From: a virus
Lineage: Duplodnaviria > Caudoviricetes
DNA: 24,044 nucleotides
IMG/VR virus record: IMGVR_UViG_3300020042_007859
Coordinates: 1-24,044 of that record
Direction: 5' to 3' (one strand)
In this document: positions 8,459 through 16,850 of the stretch, one piece after another
Position numbering within the stretch: position 1 is the stretch's first letter
How the letters are laid out: every line of letters starts with the position of its first letter
Translations under genes and position numbers: made by a program
Notes under the pieces: generated by a model
The model's input: the letters and a program-made list of their open reading frames with translations, nothing else
What the model was told of the DNA's origin: nothing
Databases searched by the model: none

Positions 8459-9996
8459 TGCCCGAAGATTTTATCTCAGACGACGACATGGCCCGACTAG
8501 GCGACTCGCCGGACTTTATAACCGACGATGACATGTCGGCAATCCCGGACGACAACGAGCTAGGGGTTATCCCTGCGGCGTTAGCCGGTCTCTCGCAAGG
8601 TCTGACTCTCGGCTACGGCGACGAAATAATTGGAGCCGGGCAAGCGGCCATTGGTAAACTAACCGGCGAAGAGGGCGACTACGACGAACTCTATAAAAAA
8701 TACCGAGACGAGCGGCGGGGCTTGTATAAGCGAGCTAGGGAGTTAAACCCAGTGACCTTCGGGGCGAGCGAGTTCGCCGGCGGTATAGCTCCGGCGTTTA
8801 TCACAGGCGGCGCTGCCGCTCCGGCTACCGTAAAGGGGGCCATAGGCTACGGGGCCCTCGGCGGCGGCGCAGCAGGTTTGGGCTACTCCGAAGCTGAAGA
8901 CTTAAGCGGCATGGCTAAAGATACGGCTAGGGGAGCGGCTATCGGCGGAGCCCTTAGCGGAGCCACTACAGCCGCAGTTAAGGGCGCAGGTAAACTGTTC
9001 GGCGGCGGTAAACCAACCAGTGAACTAGTTCGCGAATACATCGAAGCCAAAAACCAAGGGTTCGCTGACAGTCTCCAAGACTTTGCCGAAGTTCGGGCCG
9101 CAAAAGCCGCCGTCGGAAACCAAGCTAAGTACATGGACCCCCTCATACGCAAAGGCAAAGTAAATAAATTTGGACGCGACCTCCTCGACGAAAATATAGT
9201 CGGGTTCGGCGATAAAGCGGAAAACATTCTAGAGAAAGCCGCCCAAGCCAAAGATAAAATTTGGGGGAGCATGGACGAGCTAATCGAGGGAGTCGAAGCC
9301 CCCGTTTCAGGTCAAGGCATTGGCGATGACCTCCTAAACTACGCAACCGAAATAGACGCGCCGAACACCCAAGGAACTGTTAACCAAGTACTTAACCAAG
9401 CCAAAGACTTCCAAGGCCGAGGCGACGTATCAATGCGTGAAGCCCAGCGTTGGAAAAACCTCTATAAGTGGGACGACCGCGACCCGTCGACTATGGCCCT
9501 AGGTAAAGAGGCTACCAATAAAGCCAAAATGATTATTAGTAACCAAATGGAAAACGCTGTCGAGAAATCCGGAGCCGACGAACTCTTAAGCAAATACCGA
9601 GACCTTAAATCTAAGTATGGCTCGGCGGCATTGGCCGAAGAGGTCGCGGAAAAACTCACTAGTCGTCAAGCTAAAAATAGAACGTTTAGTTTAACTGACT
9701 ACGGCAGCGCCGCCGCAGGGGTTGTATCCCAAGGACCCCGGGGAGCCGCCTTCGGCCTAGCCAATAAGGTGTTGCGGGAACGGGGGTCTAGCGCCGTAGC
9801 CGTCGGAGCCGATAAGCTATCCCAGACCCTACGTCGAAACCCCACTAAGTTTGGAAAGTATTCTGAGACTCTTATCAAGGCCGTCGAGAAAGGCCCGACG
9901 AGTGTTGGGGCTACCCATTACATCCTGTGGAAAAACGACCCGGAGTACCGAGAGACCGTGGAGCGCGGCCTAGCCGAAGGACTTGACAGCCTTTAA
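8458..9996 (+). CDS. Putative DNA ejection protein with Gly/Ala-rich membrane-inserting segments; start revised to ATG 8458
   Basis: TAATG overlap at 8456-8460. Has a GLSQGLTLGYGDEI motif and glycine-zipper stretches (GAIGYGALGGGAAGLG, GAAIGGALSG), typical of podovirus ejection proteins. Confidence 0.6.
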   Translation: MPEDFISDDDMARLGDSPDFITDDDMSAIPDDNELGVIPAALAGLSQGLTLGYGDEIIGAGQAAIGKLTGEEGDYDELYKKYRDERRGLYKRARELNPVTFGASEFAGGIAPAFITGGAAAPATVKGAIGYGALGGGAAGLGYSEAEDLSGMAKDTARGAAIGGALSGATTAAVKGAGKLFGGGKPTSELVREYIEAKNQGFADSLQDFAEVRAAKAAVGNQAKYMDPLIRKGKVNKFGRDLLDENIVGFGDKAENILEKAAQAKDKIWGSMDELIEGVEAPVSGQGIGDDLLNYATEIDAPNTQGTVNQVLNQAKDFQGRGDVSMREAQRWKNLYKWDDRDPSTMALGKEATNKAKMIISNQMENAVEKSGADELLSKYRDLKSKYGSAALAEEVAEKLTSRQAKNRTFSLTDYGSAAAGVVSQGPRGAAFGLANKVLRERGSSAVAVGADKLSQTLRRNPTKFGKYSETLIKAVEKGPTSVGATHYILWKNDPEYRETVERGLAEGLDSL

Positions 9997-10011
9997 TTTA
10001 CTCGGTAGCCT
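9983..10011 (+). promoter_or_regulatory. sigma70-type promoter for the small-ORF/terminase/portal block
   Basis: TTGACA (9983-9988), 17-nt spacer, TAGCCT (10006-10011), upstream of an AGGA RBS and ATG 10039. Confidence 0.65.
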
Positions 10012-10038
10012 ATTTAGACTAAGTAGGATTATCGCCCA

Positions 10039-10272
10039 ATGAATAAAGACAAAGAAGCCGTTAAACGCGGTCTCCAATTTCTAAGCTTTTTAATGACCAA
10101 TTTATCAGGTCAAGCAATCTCAAGACTCATTGACAGCGGTGCGCCACCACACGCCGCCGCACTGGATTTAATACACGCAACCAATATTATTCAAGGTTGT
10201 TACCGAGGGCTTGAGAATGACGAAAAAGAAGACGCCGCCGACAGAGTCGCCGAAACCATCGAAACAACCTAA
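10039..10272 (+). CDS. Hypothetical protein, 77 aa
   Basis: ATG downstream of a promoter and AGGA; first of a run of overlapping ORFs. Confidence 0.65.
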   Translation: MNKDKEAVKRGLQFLSFLMTNLSGQAISRLIDSGAPPHAAALDLIHATNIIQGCYRGLENDEKEDAADRVAETIETT

Positions 10273-10441
10273 GTCTTTCGCGGCTTGGTATATGGTGTGG
10301 GTAGGGTCCGCCTATCAGGTCGTAGAGGTTCAGATTGAAGACGATAAGGTTGTGTCGACTATAGCCGACGAGCCTAACGTGCAAGGTGTCCAACTTCAAA
10401 AAATCGAGGACTACCTACTTGATCAAGCTCACAACCAATAA
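10217..10441 (+). CDS. Hypothetical protein (likely ATG 10217)
   Basis: GAGGG upstream. Basic Pro-rich N-terminus followed by a small beta domain (AYQVVEVQIEDDKVV). Fills the gap between its neighbours. Confidence 0.6.
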   Translation: MTKKKTPPTESPKPSKQPKSFAAWYMVWVGSAYQVVEVQIEDDKVVSTIADEPNVQGVQLQKIEDYLLDQAHNQ

Positions 10442-10688
10442 AGTAAAGTTAATAGATATAGCGGCGGGGATAGCAGTCATTATACCCAGCCTTTATCTTT
10501 ATCGGGCGGTAACGTACGAGGCATGTCTACTATTTGCCGTCGCTATATTATTCTACGGGGTTGTCAGATACTTCAATTCTGTAGAGCCCGCGTCCGCCCT
10601 CCAATTAAAAGAACTTAACGACGAGGTTAAGGACCTTAAAGCCAAAATAGGCTACATTAGTATCAAGGTAGGATTTAACCGAGAATGA
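10419..10688 (+). CDS. Small two-TM membrane protein with C-terminal coiled coil (holin-like topology); likely TTG start at 10419
   Basis: GAGGA RBS 8 nt before TTG 10419. Hydrophobic segments IAAGIAVIIPSLYLY and ACLLFAVAILFYGVV, then heptads LKELNDEVKDLKAKI. ATGA overlap with the next gene. Confidence 0.6.
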   Translation: MIKLTTNKVKLIDIAAGIAVIIPSLYLYRAVTYEACLLFAVAILFYGVVRYFNSVEPASALQLKELNDEVKDLKAKIGYISIKVGFNRE

Positions 10689-10924
10689 TAGAATCAATTA
10701 AAAACTCTTTAGAAAGAGCCGCCGGCTATGCCGCTCAGTACATGGACGACGACCCCGAAATGTTATTAGTCGGCTTAGATATATTATTAAAAATAAGTCA
10801 AATTCATAAAAACCTTGAAGTTAACCCCGGAGACGAGGCTTTCCTGGTTAGCGCCGATATAAAGCAAAAATCTAACACGGAGTTATCGAAGCTTGCTAAG
10901 TCAGGAACGACAAGCCGCTTATGA
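10685..10924 (+). CDS. Hypothetical protein, possible terminase small subunit
   Basis: 79 aa, helical, overlaps the TerL start. The function is inferred from position only. Confidence 0.4.
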   Translation: MIESIKNSLERAAGYAAQYMDDDPEMLLVGLDILLKISQIHKNLEVNPGDEAFLVSADIKQKSNTELSKLAKSGTTSRL

Positions 10925-12380
10925 GCTTTGGCATAGGGGGGATCTTTCCTATAAGCTTCATAAAGAACAACTCCCTATTCGTCGCCTTATCCAAAGAGCG
11001 GAGAAAACGCACAATAAGAAAGTCGGTGCGAGGACTTCACGTCGTTTCGGGAAAACCTTCGTATTTTCTGCAATTGCTAGTGAGTATTGTCTTAACGAAC
11101 GAAATATTATTGTCCCCTATTGTGCCCCGTCGATTAAAGCTCTTAAAACTATCATCGTTCCCATTATTAACGAACTATGTCGAGATTGTCCGCCTTCGCT
11201 ACGTCCCGTATTACGTCGACAGGATGGTGCGCTTTATTTCCCTTCGACAGAATCTCAAATACTTTTGGTTTCGGCTGAAAATGGCAATGAAGAGAAAGCG
11301 CGTGGTATCAAGGCGCGAGCGGCTTTTGTCGACGAGGGCGGAGTCATAAAAAACCTTCGCTACCTTGTTCACGATATTCTTTTGCCGACGCTAATGTATT
11401 CGACCGGCCCGCTTGCCTTAAGCGGTACACCACCGTCAACACCCGATCATTACTATGTGACGTTTATGGCGGAAGCTGAACTATCGGGGTACTGCATTCA
11501 TAAGACGGTATGGGATAACCCCATGCTAGAAAATAAAGAAATTCTAGAGTTCGCCGAAGCTGTCGGTTGTCGTATAGATTGGGGAACATTCTACAAGAAA
11601 TCGACACCGAAAAATAGATTCTCTCGAAATTTAGCTAAGTTTTGTATTGTTGAAAAGTCGACGACGTTTAGGCGAGAGTTTGAAGCCGAGATTATAATAG
11701 ATCCCGATAAAGCTGTCATTCCTGAACTTAGCGAACTGAAAATAACTCAAATTGTTAAAGACACACCCACACCTAGGTTTTGTAATAAGTACACGGTTAT
11801 TGATACAGGGTTTATCGACTATACCGGCGTGGTGTTTGGCTACTACGACTTTAAGAGGGCTAAACTAGTCGTTGCCGACGACTTATTACTAGACTTTACC
11901 AGGCCGGGAATGAATACCGAAGAGGCCGCTAAACTTATACTCGCCAAAGAGGCCGAATTGTGGGGCGAAGAGAAACCCTACGCTAGGTTTGCCGACGGCG
12001 ATCTAATCGTACTAAACGAACTGACTAGACACGGCCTACTAGTTAACCCAGTTAGAAAAGACGACATAGAGGCGCAGGTGAATACTTTGCGTGTGGACAT
12101 TGCCCAAGACAAATTAGAGTTTAACCCAAAAGCAAAGAACACGCTCACGCACGCACGCTATGCCACATGGAATAGAAGTAGAAAGCAGTTTGAACGCGGC
12201 GAGGGAATGGGGCATTATGATTGTTTAGCCGCATTAATTTATTTTGTCAGACACGTAAACCGCAAGGATAACCCTTGGCCTAGCGTGCTTGACGTCGACA
12301 TGGCTAACGACTGGGTACCAAGTCATTTGAAAGGCCGCTCTAGGTCCTCTCAGGTGCTAGCAGATATTTTCAAACTTTAA
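10893..12380 (+). CDS. terL: Terminase large subunit
   Basis: Walker A SRRFGKT, Walker B AFVDEGG, coupling motif LSGTP, DNP...FRREF, RNase H-like nuclease IDTGFID and GHYDCLAAL. Confidence 0.92.
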   Translation: MLSQERQAAYELWHRGDLSYKLHKEQLPIRRLIQRAEKTHNKKVGARTSRRFGKTFVFSAIASEYCLNERNIIVPYCAPSIKALKTIIVPIINELCRDCPPSLRPVLRRQDGALYFPSTESQILLVSAENGNEEKARGIKARAAFVDEGGVIKNLRYLVHDILLPTLMYSTGPLALSGTPPSTPDHYYVTFMAEAELSGYCIHKTVWDNPMLENKEILEFAEAVGCRIDWGTFYKKSTPKNRFSRNLAKFCIVEKSTTFRREFEAEIIIDPDKAVIPELSELKITQIVKDTPTPRFCNKYTVIDTGFIDYTGVVFGYYDFKRAKLVVADDLLLDFTRPGMNTEEAAKLILAKEAELWGEEKPYARFADGDLIVLNELTRHGLLVNPVRKDDIEAQVNTLRVDIAQDKLEFNPKAKNTLTHARYATWNRSRKQFERGEGMGHYDCLAALIYFVRHVNRKDNPWPSVLDVDMANDWVPSHLKGRSRSSQVLADIFKL

Positions 12381-12399
12381 CCGAGAGAGGGTTTTTCAA

Positions 12400-14391
12400 A
12401 TGAATGAATATTTTGCAACGAGGCCAACCGAAGAGGCGGGCAAAGAAATTTATGCGAAAGTCGAAGAGTTCTACAATAACCTAGACTCGCTCGGATACTT
12501 TGCCCTGGTAGCAAAATCCCACGCTTATTACTTTGGTTCTAGTGGCTCGGAGACATCTACCGGGAGGGTCTTCACTAGCGGAGCAATTCGTCGCGGCGGA
12601 GAACAAGGCGAGCAATACAATTTTAAAATAAACACCTACCGAAACATACTTCAGCATTTACTAGTTATGACTACGGGCGAGCGTCCTCAAATGGAAACGC
12701 AGGCGACCAACACCGACTCGGAAAGTATATCGCAAGCCGACCTCGGCAACGAACTACTTGAGCACTACATGACTAACCAACGACTAGAAAAGCTATTTGT
12801 TCAGAGTTGCGAGTATGCTCTAGCCTACGCCTCGGGCCATATCGAAGTAACTTGGGATACCGATAGAGGGAACCAATACGGTGTGAAAGAAGACGGCTCG
12901 GTTGTTTATGACGGCGACATGCGTTTTGACCTTCATTCTCCCCTAGACGTAATCGTAGACATCTACCGAGACTCGAACGAACACCAATGGAAAATTGTCA
13001 GAAAGTATATGAACAAATATGACGTCGCGACGTCTAACCCTGACATGGCCGATAAAATACTAAACTCAACAACTAAAGATCAAAGGTTTGACAGATACTC
13101 ATTTAACCGACGAATTGGCTCGGGCAAGTCTGACGACATCGCTGTTTACCGTTTCTACCATGAACCATCTCCGGCAGTCCCCGACGGTCGTTTCATCGAA
13201 ATAATCGACGGCGGCCATGTACTCTTTGACGGCCCGCTACCTTATGACAATATCCCGGTGTTTTCGATGTATGCCGGAAGGATTTCAGGTTCTCCGTTTG
13301 GCTATACGGTTGCCTTTGACCTACTAGCAATTCAGGAAGGTCTAGACACTCTTCATAGCTCAATTCTAACCAACAACGTCGCCTTCGGTACTCAACTTAT
13401 CGCCGTACCTAAAGGACACTCAATCTCTCGTCAAGACTTAGGCAAAGGCTTAGCAATTATTGAATACGACGCCGCCCTTGGTATGCCGACACCGTTGCAG
13501 CTAACTCGAACGGCCCCAGAAACCTACAACTACGTCGATAAACTCGACGGCTTAATGGAGAAAACCAGTGGACTTAACTCGGTCGTTCGGGGCCAGCCCC
13601 AAGGTCAGCTTTCCGGTGCGTCTGGTGCGGCCATGGCGCTACTCGCGGCGACAGCCCAACAATTTAACCAAGGGTTGCAACGAGAATACGAACACCTTAT
13701 CGAAGACGTCGGAACGGCCATTATTCAAACTACAAAACGCTATGCCTCAACACCTAGAGTTATCGCTATCTCAGGTCGAACTAAGCGAAGTCAACTACAA
13801 GACTTCAAGGGCTCGGACTTAGAGAACGCCGACCGAGTCAGGGTTATGAGAAAATCGGCTATCTCTAGAACTACTGCCGGAAAGCTAGAAATTGCCCGAG
13901 ACTTAATGAATTTGGGCTTTGTCCAAAACCCGGAGCAATATGCCGAAGCAATTAAAACAGGAACTATCGAACCAATGTTTGAAGGCATCCTTTCTCGTTC
14001 TCTTCTTATTCGAAAAGAGAATGAAAAGATGCGGAACGGGGAAATACCTCCCGTACTTAGAACGGACCGCCATGACCAACATATACCTGAGCATTTAAGT
14101 GTACTCGACGATCCGGATGTTAGATTTAACCCAGCCCTAGTCGAGGCCGTGCTAACCCACGTCGGCGAGCATGAGAAATGGCAACAACAAATGGCCCAAC
14201 CAATGCAACCTGAAATGTCGCCCGAAGGCGGAAGTGGTGCGGCTGAAGTCTTGGAACCACTACAACCGGGAATGATGCCCGGCGAAGAGCAACCTTCGAT
14301 GCCCAGTATGCCAGGGGCTCCCCCAGGAACTCCCGAAGAGTTAGCCGGAGTAGTTGAAAATATGCCGCCGCCCGCTTTAACCAACAACTAA
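12400..14391 (+). CDS. Portal protein (P22-like size, Pro/Gln-rich tail)
   Basis: 663 aa directly after TerL. Portal-like motifs PLPYDNIPV, SGLNSVVRG, SGAAMALL and DRHDQHIPEH. Confidence 0.85.
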   Translation: MNEYFATRPTEEAGKEIYAKVEEFYNNLDSLGYFALVAKSHAYYFGSSGSETSTGRVFTSGAIRRGGEQGEQYNFKINTYRNILQHLLVMTTGERPQMETQATNTDSESISQADLGNELLEHYMTNQRLEKLFVQSCEYALAYASGHIEVTWDTDRGNQYGVKEDGSVVYDGDMRFDLHSPLDVIVDIYRDSNEHQWKIVRKYMNKYDVATSNPDMADKILNSTTKDQRFDRYSFNRRIGSGKSDDIAVYRFYHEPSPAVPDGRFIEIIDGGHVLFDGPLPYDNIPVFSMYAGRISGSPFGYTVAFDLLAIQEGLDTLHSSILTNNVAFGTQLIAVPKGHSISRQDLGKGLAIIEYDAALGMPTPLQLTRTAPETYNYVDKLDGLMEKTSGLNSVVRGQPQGQLSGASGAAMALLAATAQQFNQGLQREYEHLIEDVGTAIIQTTKRYASTPRVIAISGRTKRSQLQDFKGSDLENADRVRVMRKSAISRTTAGKLEIARDLMNLGFVQNPEQYAEAIKTGTIEPMFEGILSRSLLIRKENEKMRNGEIPPVLRTDRHDQHIPEHLSVLDDPDVRFNPALVEAVLTHVGEHEKWQQQMAQPMQPEMSPEGGSGAAEVLEPLQPGMMPGEEQPSMPSMPGAPPGTPEELAGVVENMPPPALTNN

Positions 14392-14400
14392 GGAGCTAGT

Positions 14401-15267
14401 ATGTCTGAAGGAACACCAACACCCGAACTAACCCCAAGCGTCGACGCCTCGCCCGGCCCAGACGTAACCCCTGAAGTCGCAGAGGTACCCGAATGGCAAC
14501 GTCAAAAGCATAAACTAAAGATCGACGGCGAAGAGTTGGAAGTCGGTTGGGACGAACTAACCAAAGGCTACCAACGCGGGGCCTCGGCCAATAAGCGCTT
14601 TATGGAAGCCCAAAAGCTACGTCAAGAAATTGACGCCGATAGGCAAACCTTAAAATCACTATTTGCCATGGCCGAAAGCGATCCCGATTCATTGCTTATT
14701 CAACTAGGCATTAACCCGGTAGAATTTGCCGAGTCTCGGATTATGCGAGAAATTGAAAGCGAGAAAATGAGCCCGCAGCAAAAAGAGGCCCTAGCGTGGG
14801 AGAGAAAAGCCCAGGCCGCTCGCTCGGAAGTCGAAGAGTTTGAGTCACGAAAAAAGAAAGAGCAAATTAGTAGCCTGACAGAAAAATACTATGCCGAGTT
14901 TTCGACTACGATTGACAATATTTTAACCAAAATCGGAGCCCCGAAAACCAGCAACACCACGGCCCGAGCCGCTAAGCTTATGAACCTATATATCGAAAAC
15001 GAAATGGAAATAGACGTAGATGCCATTTCGGACCAACTAACCGAAGAACTCGGCGAAGAAAATAGATCATACTTCGAAAAGCTATCCCCAGAGCAAATAG
15101 CTGGTATACTGAAAGAGGACGGGCTTAAAAAAATTAGAGAGTATGACTTGGGTAGACTTAAGTCGGACCGGCTACCCCCTGGGCGAAGCCAGCAGAAAAA
15201 AGCTGAGCCAAAATCTGAGAGAATGCCGACATCTGATTTTTTTGAAAAGATCCGCAAAAGCTTATAA
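14401..15267 (+). CDS. Capsid scaffolding protein
   Basis: Acidic Pro-rich N-terminus, then KLKIDGEELEVGWDELTKGYQ, the KVDGEE.EV..DEL..GYQ scaffold signature. Coiled coil; follows the portal. Confidence 0.8.
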   Translation: MSEGTPTPELTPSVDASPGPDVTPEVAEVPEWQRQKHKLKIDGEELEVGWDELTKGYQRGASANKRFMEAQKLRQEIDADRQTLKSLFAMAESDPDSLLIQLGINPVEFAESRIMREIESEKMSPQQKEALAWERKAQAARSEVEEFESRKKKEQISSLTEKYYAEFSTTIDNILTKIGAPKTSNTTARAAKLMNLYIENEMEIDVDAISDQLTEELGEENRSYFEKLSPEQIAGILKEDGLKKIREYDLGRLKSDRLPPGRSQQKKAEPKSERMPTSDFFEKIRKSL

Positions 15268-15305
15268 TCTAATCCAAACGGAAAACAGGGAGGTTTACCA
15301 TGGAC
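15242..15305 (+). promoter_or_regulatory. Leader of the lysis cassette: possible promoter plus CsrA/RsmA-type RBS hairpin
   Basis: TTGAAA (15242), 15-nt spacer (suboptimal), TATAAT (15263-15268). Then ACGGA at 15278, hairpin AAAC-AGGGAG-GTTT at 15283-15296, and ATGGA at the start codon. Confidence 0.45.
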
Positions 15306-15626
15306 ATTAAAGAATTAAAAGACGTAGTTCGTTTCGGTATTTCACTAGGCGAGCGCATAGCCTCGGCTCTTGAAGACGGTGAGTTGACTTGGGCAGATGC
15401 TTTCAAATTTGTCGGCGTACTCGGCGAAGCAAGCGACGCGCTTAAAGGTGCTCAATCTATCCCAGGCGAAATGATGGACTTAAGTGTAGACGAGAAAGCC
15501 GAACTTGACGCTATGGTTGTAACGGAATTTAACATCCCTAACGACAAAGTCGAAGCCTACATTGAACAAGGTTTTAAAGTAGCTACGGCGATTGCTCAGA
15601 TTGTAACTGAGTGGAGAACTAAGTAA
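15300..15626 (+). CDS. Hypothetical acidic helical protein, probably lysis-associated
   Basis: 108 aa with a strong GGGAGG RBS, translationally coupled to two downstream genes that end in the endolysin. No clear TM helix. Confidence 0.55.
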   Translation: MDIKELKDVVRFGISLGERIASALEDGELTWADAFKFVGVLGEASDALKGAQSIPGEMMDLSVDEKAELDAMVVTEFNIPNDKVEAYIEQGFKVATAIAQIVTEWRTK

Positions 15627-15826
15627 TGACCATTTGGATACAACTTCTAGTTCTAATCATCACGAATTTGCCTGGTATCATTAACTCGATTAAAGAATTG
15701 TTTGAACTCTTTGGCCGAGATAAAAACAGAGCAAAGGCCGCGCTTAAGGAAATCAGAGACCTTAAAGGTTCCGATAACCGTGGCGCTAGAATCAGAGACA
15801 TTCTTGAGAAATACGCAGTAAAGTGA
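15626..15826 (+). CDS. Small protein with hydrophobic N-terminus and basic C-terminus (holin or outer-membrane disruptor candidate)
   Basis: MTIWIQLLVLIITNLPGII followed by amphipathic basic helices. TAATG and GTGA overlaps. Confidence 0.5.
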   Translation: MTIWIQLLVLIITNLPGIINSIKELFELFGRDKNRAKAALKEIRDLKGSDNRGARIRDILEKYAVK

Positions 15827-16197
15827 AAGTTAGCGAACACTTCACCATGGCCGAGTTAGCTTGCCGTTGCGGTTGCGGCAAGTTTAACATGGACGGGTTG
15901 TTCCTTTCCTTCCTTGGTGCGGTTAGACTTTACTACAATGCCCCGATGAAAATAACGTCGGGTTGTCGTTGCACCGAGCACAACGCCCGAGTAGGCGGAG
16001 CTAAAGACTCGGCCCACGTCATGGGACTAGCGGTCGACGTGCATTGTGATAACGGAGACGATAAATATAAGCTAATCGAGGCCGCCATATACTGCGGAGC
16101 TACGGGTATCGGTATCTATTCGTCTTGGTTACACCTAGACATTAAGCCAAGAACTCGCCAGACTCTCTGGCACCGACTGACTCGCCCAACGGCTTAG
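15823..16197 (+). CDS. Endolysin, peptidase M15A family (Peptidase_M15_3)
   Basis: SEHFTMAELACRCGCG, ITSGCRCTEHNARVGGAKDSAHVMGLAVD (Zn ligands H and D) and GIGIYSSWLHLD (third ligand H). Confidence 0.92.
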   Translation: MKVSEHFTMAELACRCGCGKFNMDGLFLSFLGAVRLYYNAPMKITSGCRCTEHNARVGGAKDSAHVMGLAVDVHCDNGDDKYKLIEAAIYCGATGIGIYSSWLHLDIKPRTRQTLWHRLTRPTA

Positions 16198-16375
16198 CAT
16201 AAGCAATTATTGAGCGGTTAAGAATAATCTTTTCGTTGCTGTCTTGAACAACTAATATTTCGTTATCCCATATCTCAACAACTTGCCCCGTAATAACAAA
16301 ACTTCGACTAAAGAATTGATACGTGACATCAGGCTTATACGGATGTTCATGTAGAGCCATTGTCTTAAAGTACAT
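16142..16375 (-). CDS. Small beta protein, possible Sm/Hfq-like fold
   Basis: GAGAGGA RBS and TAATG coupling. The pattern ITGQVVEIWDNEILV...KIILNRSIIAYAKP resembles Sm1/Sm2 strands. Confidence 0.45.
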   Translation of the reverse strand: MYFKTMALHEHPYKPDVTYQFFSRSFVITGQVVEIWDNEILVVQDSNEKIILNRSIIAYAKPLGESVGARESGEFLA

Positions 16376-16560
16376 TAATTTAAATCCTCTCTTTTTTTAT
16401 CTTTACACTTATCGCACGACACTAAAGCAACGGGCCTTGCTTGGCCTATGCAGCTAACGTCGATATTATACCTTAGTTGACAGTGTGGGCAAAGAGCCCG
16501 GTAGCCAGTGTCAGGACCCATTCTATATTCCGGGCTTGTTGCGGGGGCTACACTATCCAC
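16375..16560 (-). CDS. Zinc-ribbon protein (MJ0042-finger-like)
   Basis: CPHCQLRYNI...VSCDKC; GGAGGG RBS. Confidence 0.65.
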   Translation of the reverse strand: MDSVAPATSPEYRMGPDTGYRALCPHCQLRYNIDVSCIGQARPVALVSCDKCKDKKREDLN

Positions 16561-16702
16561 GGCCTGCCCTCCACAAGGTTAGAACTTCGCCAATAGATCT
16601 TTCCGGCCTGGGTTTTAATTGCCACAACCTGTAAAGACCTCGCCTCTTAACTTTCTGAACTTGGGCTAATTTCCTTAGAGCCCTCGCCGCTTTTCCGTTC
16701 AC
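16553..16702 (-). CDS. Small basic protein, 49 aa (MNGKAARALRKLAQVQKVKRRGLYRLWQLKPRPERSIGEVLTLWRAGRG); not in the ORF track
   Basis: AAGGGG RBS before GTG 16702, TAG at 16553-16555. Fills the 16560-16647 gap. The N-terminus resembles the MNGKKAK.LRK small phage proteins. Confidence 0.65.
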   Translation of the reverse strand: MNGKAARALRKLAQVQKVKRRGLYRLWQLKPRPERSIGEVLTLWRAGRG

Positions 16703-16850
16703 GTTCTAACCCCTTTAAAATTAAATCCTCTAGAGCCAATGCTATTTTTGTAAAGGCAACCGACGTGGTATCACCGCTATAGGGCGGCGTGTAGCCGAGA
16801 CCAACTAAAGCCCTCTCTATTCTTTTTTCTAATTCACGGTACAGAGACAT
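16647..16850 (-). CDS. Small helical protein, paralog of 18763..18936
   Basis: AAGGGG RBS. 21/41 identical residues without gaps to the 57-aa ORF at 18763..18936. Confidence 0.8.
   Translation of the reverse strand: MSLYRELEKRIERALVGLGYTPPYSGDTTSVAFTKIALALEDLILKGLERERKSGEGSKEISPSSES

Noticed and set aside
13791-14387. 198-aa antisense ORF
   Set aside because: Shadow of the portal's Pro/Gly-rich tail, with no RBS or motifs.
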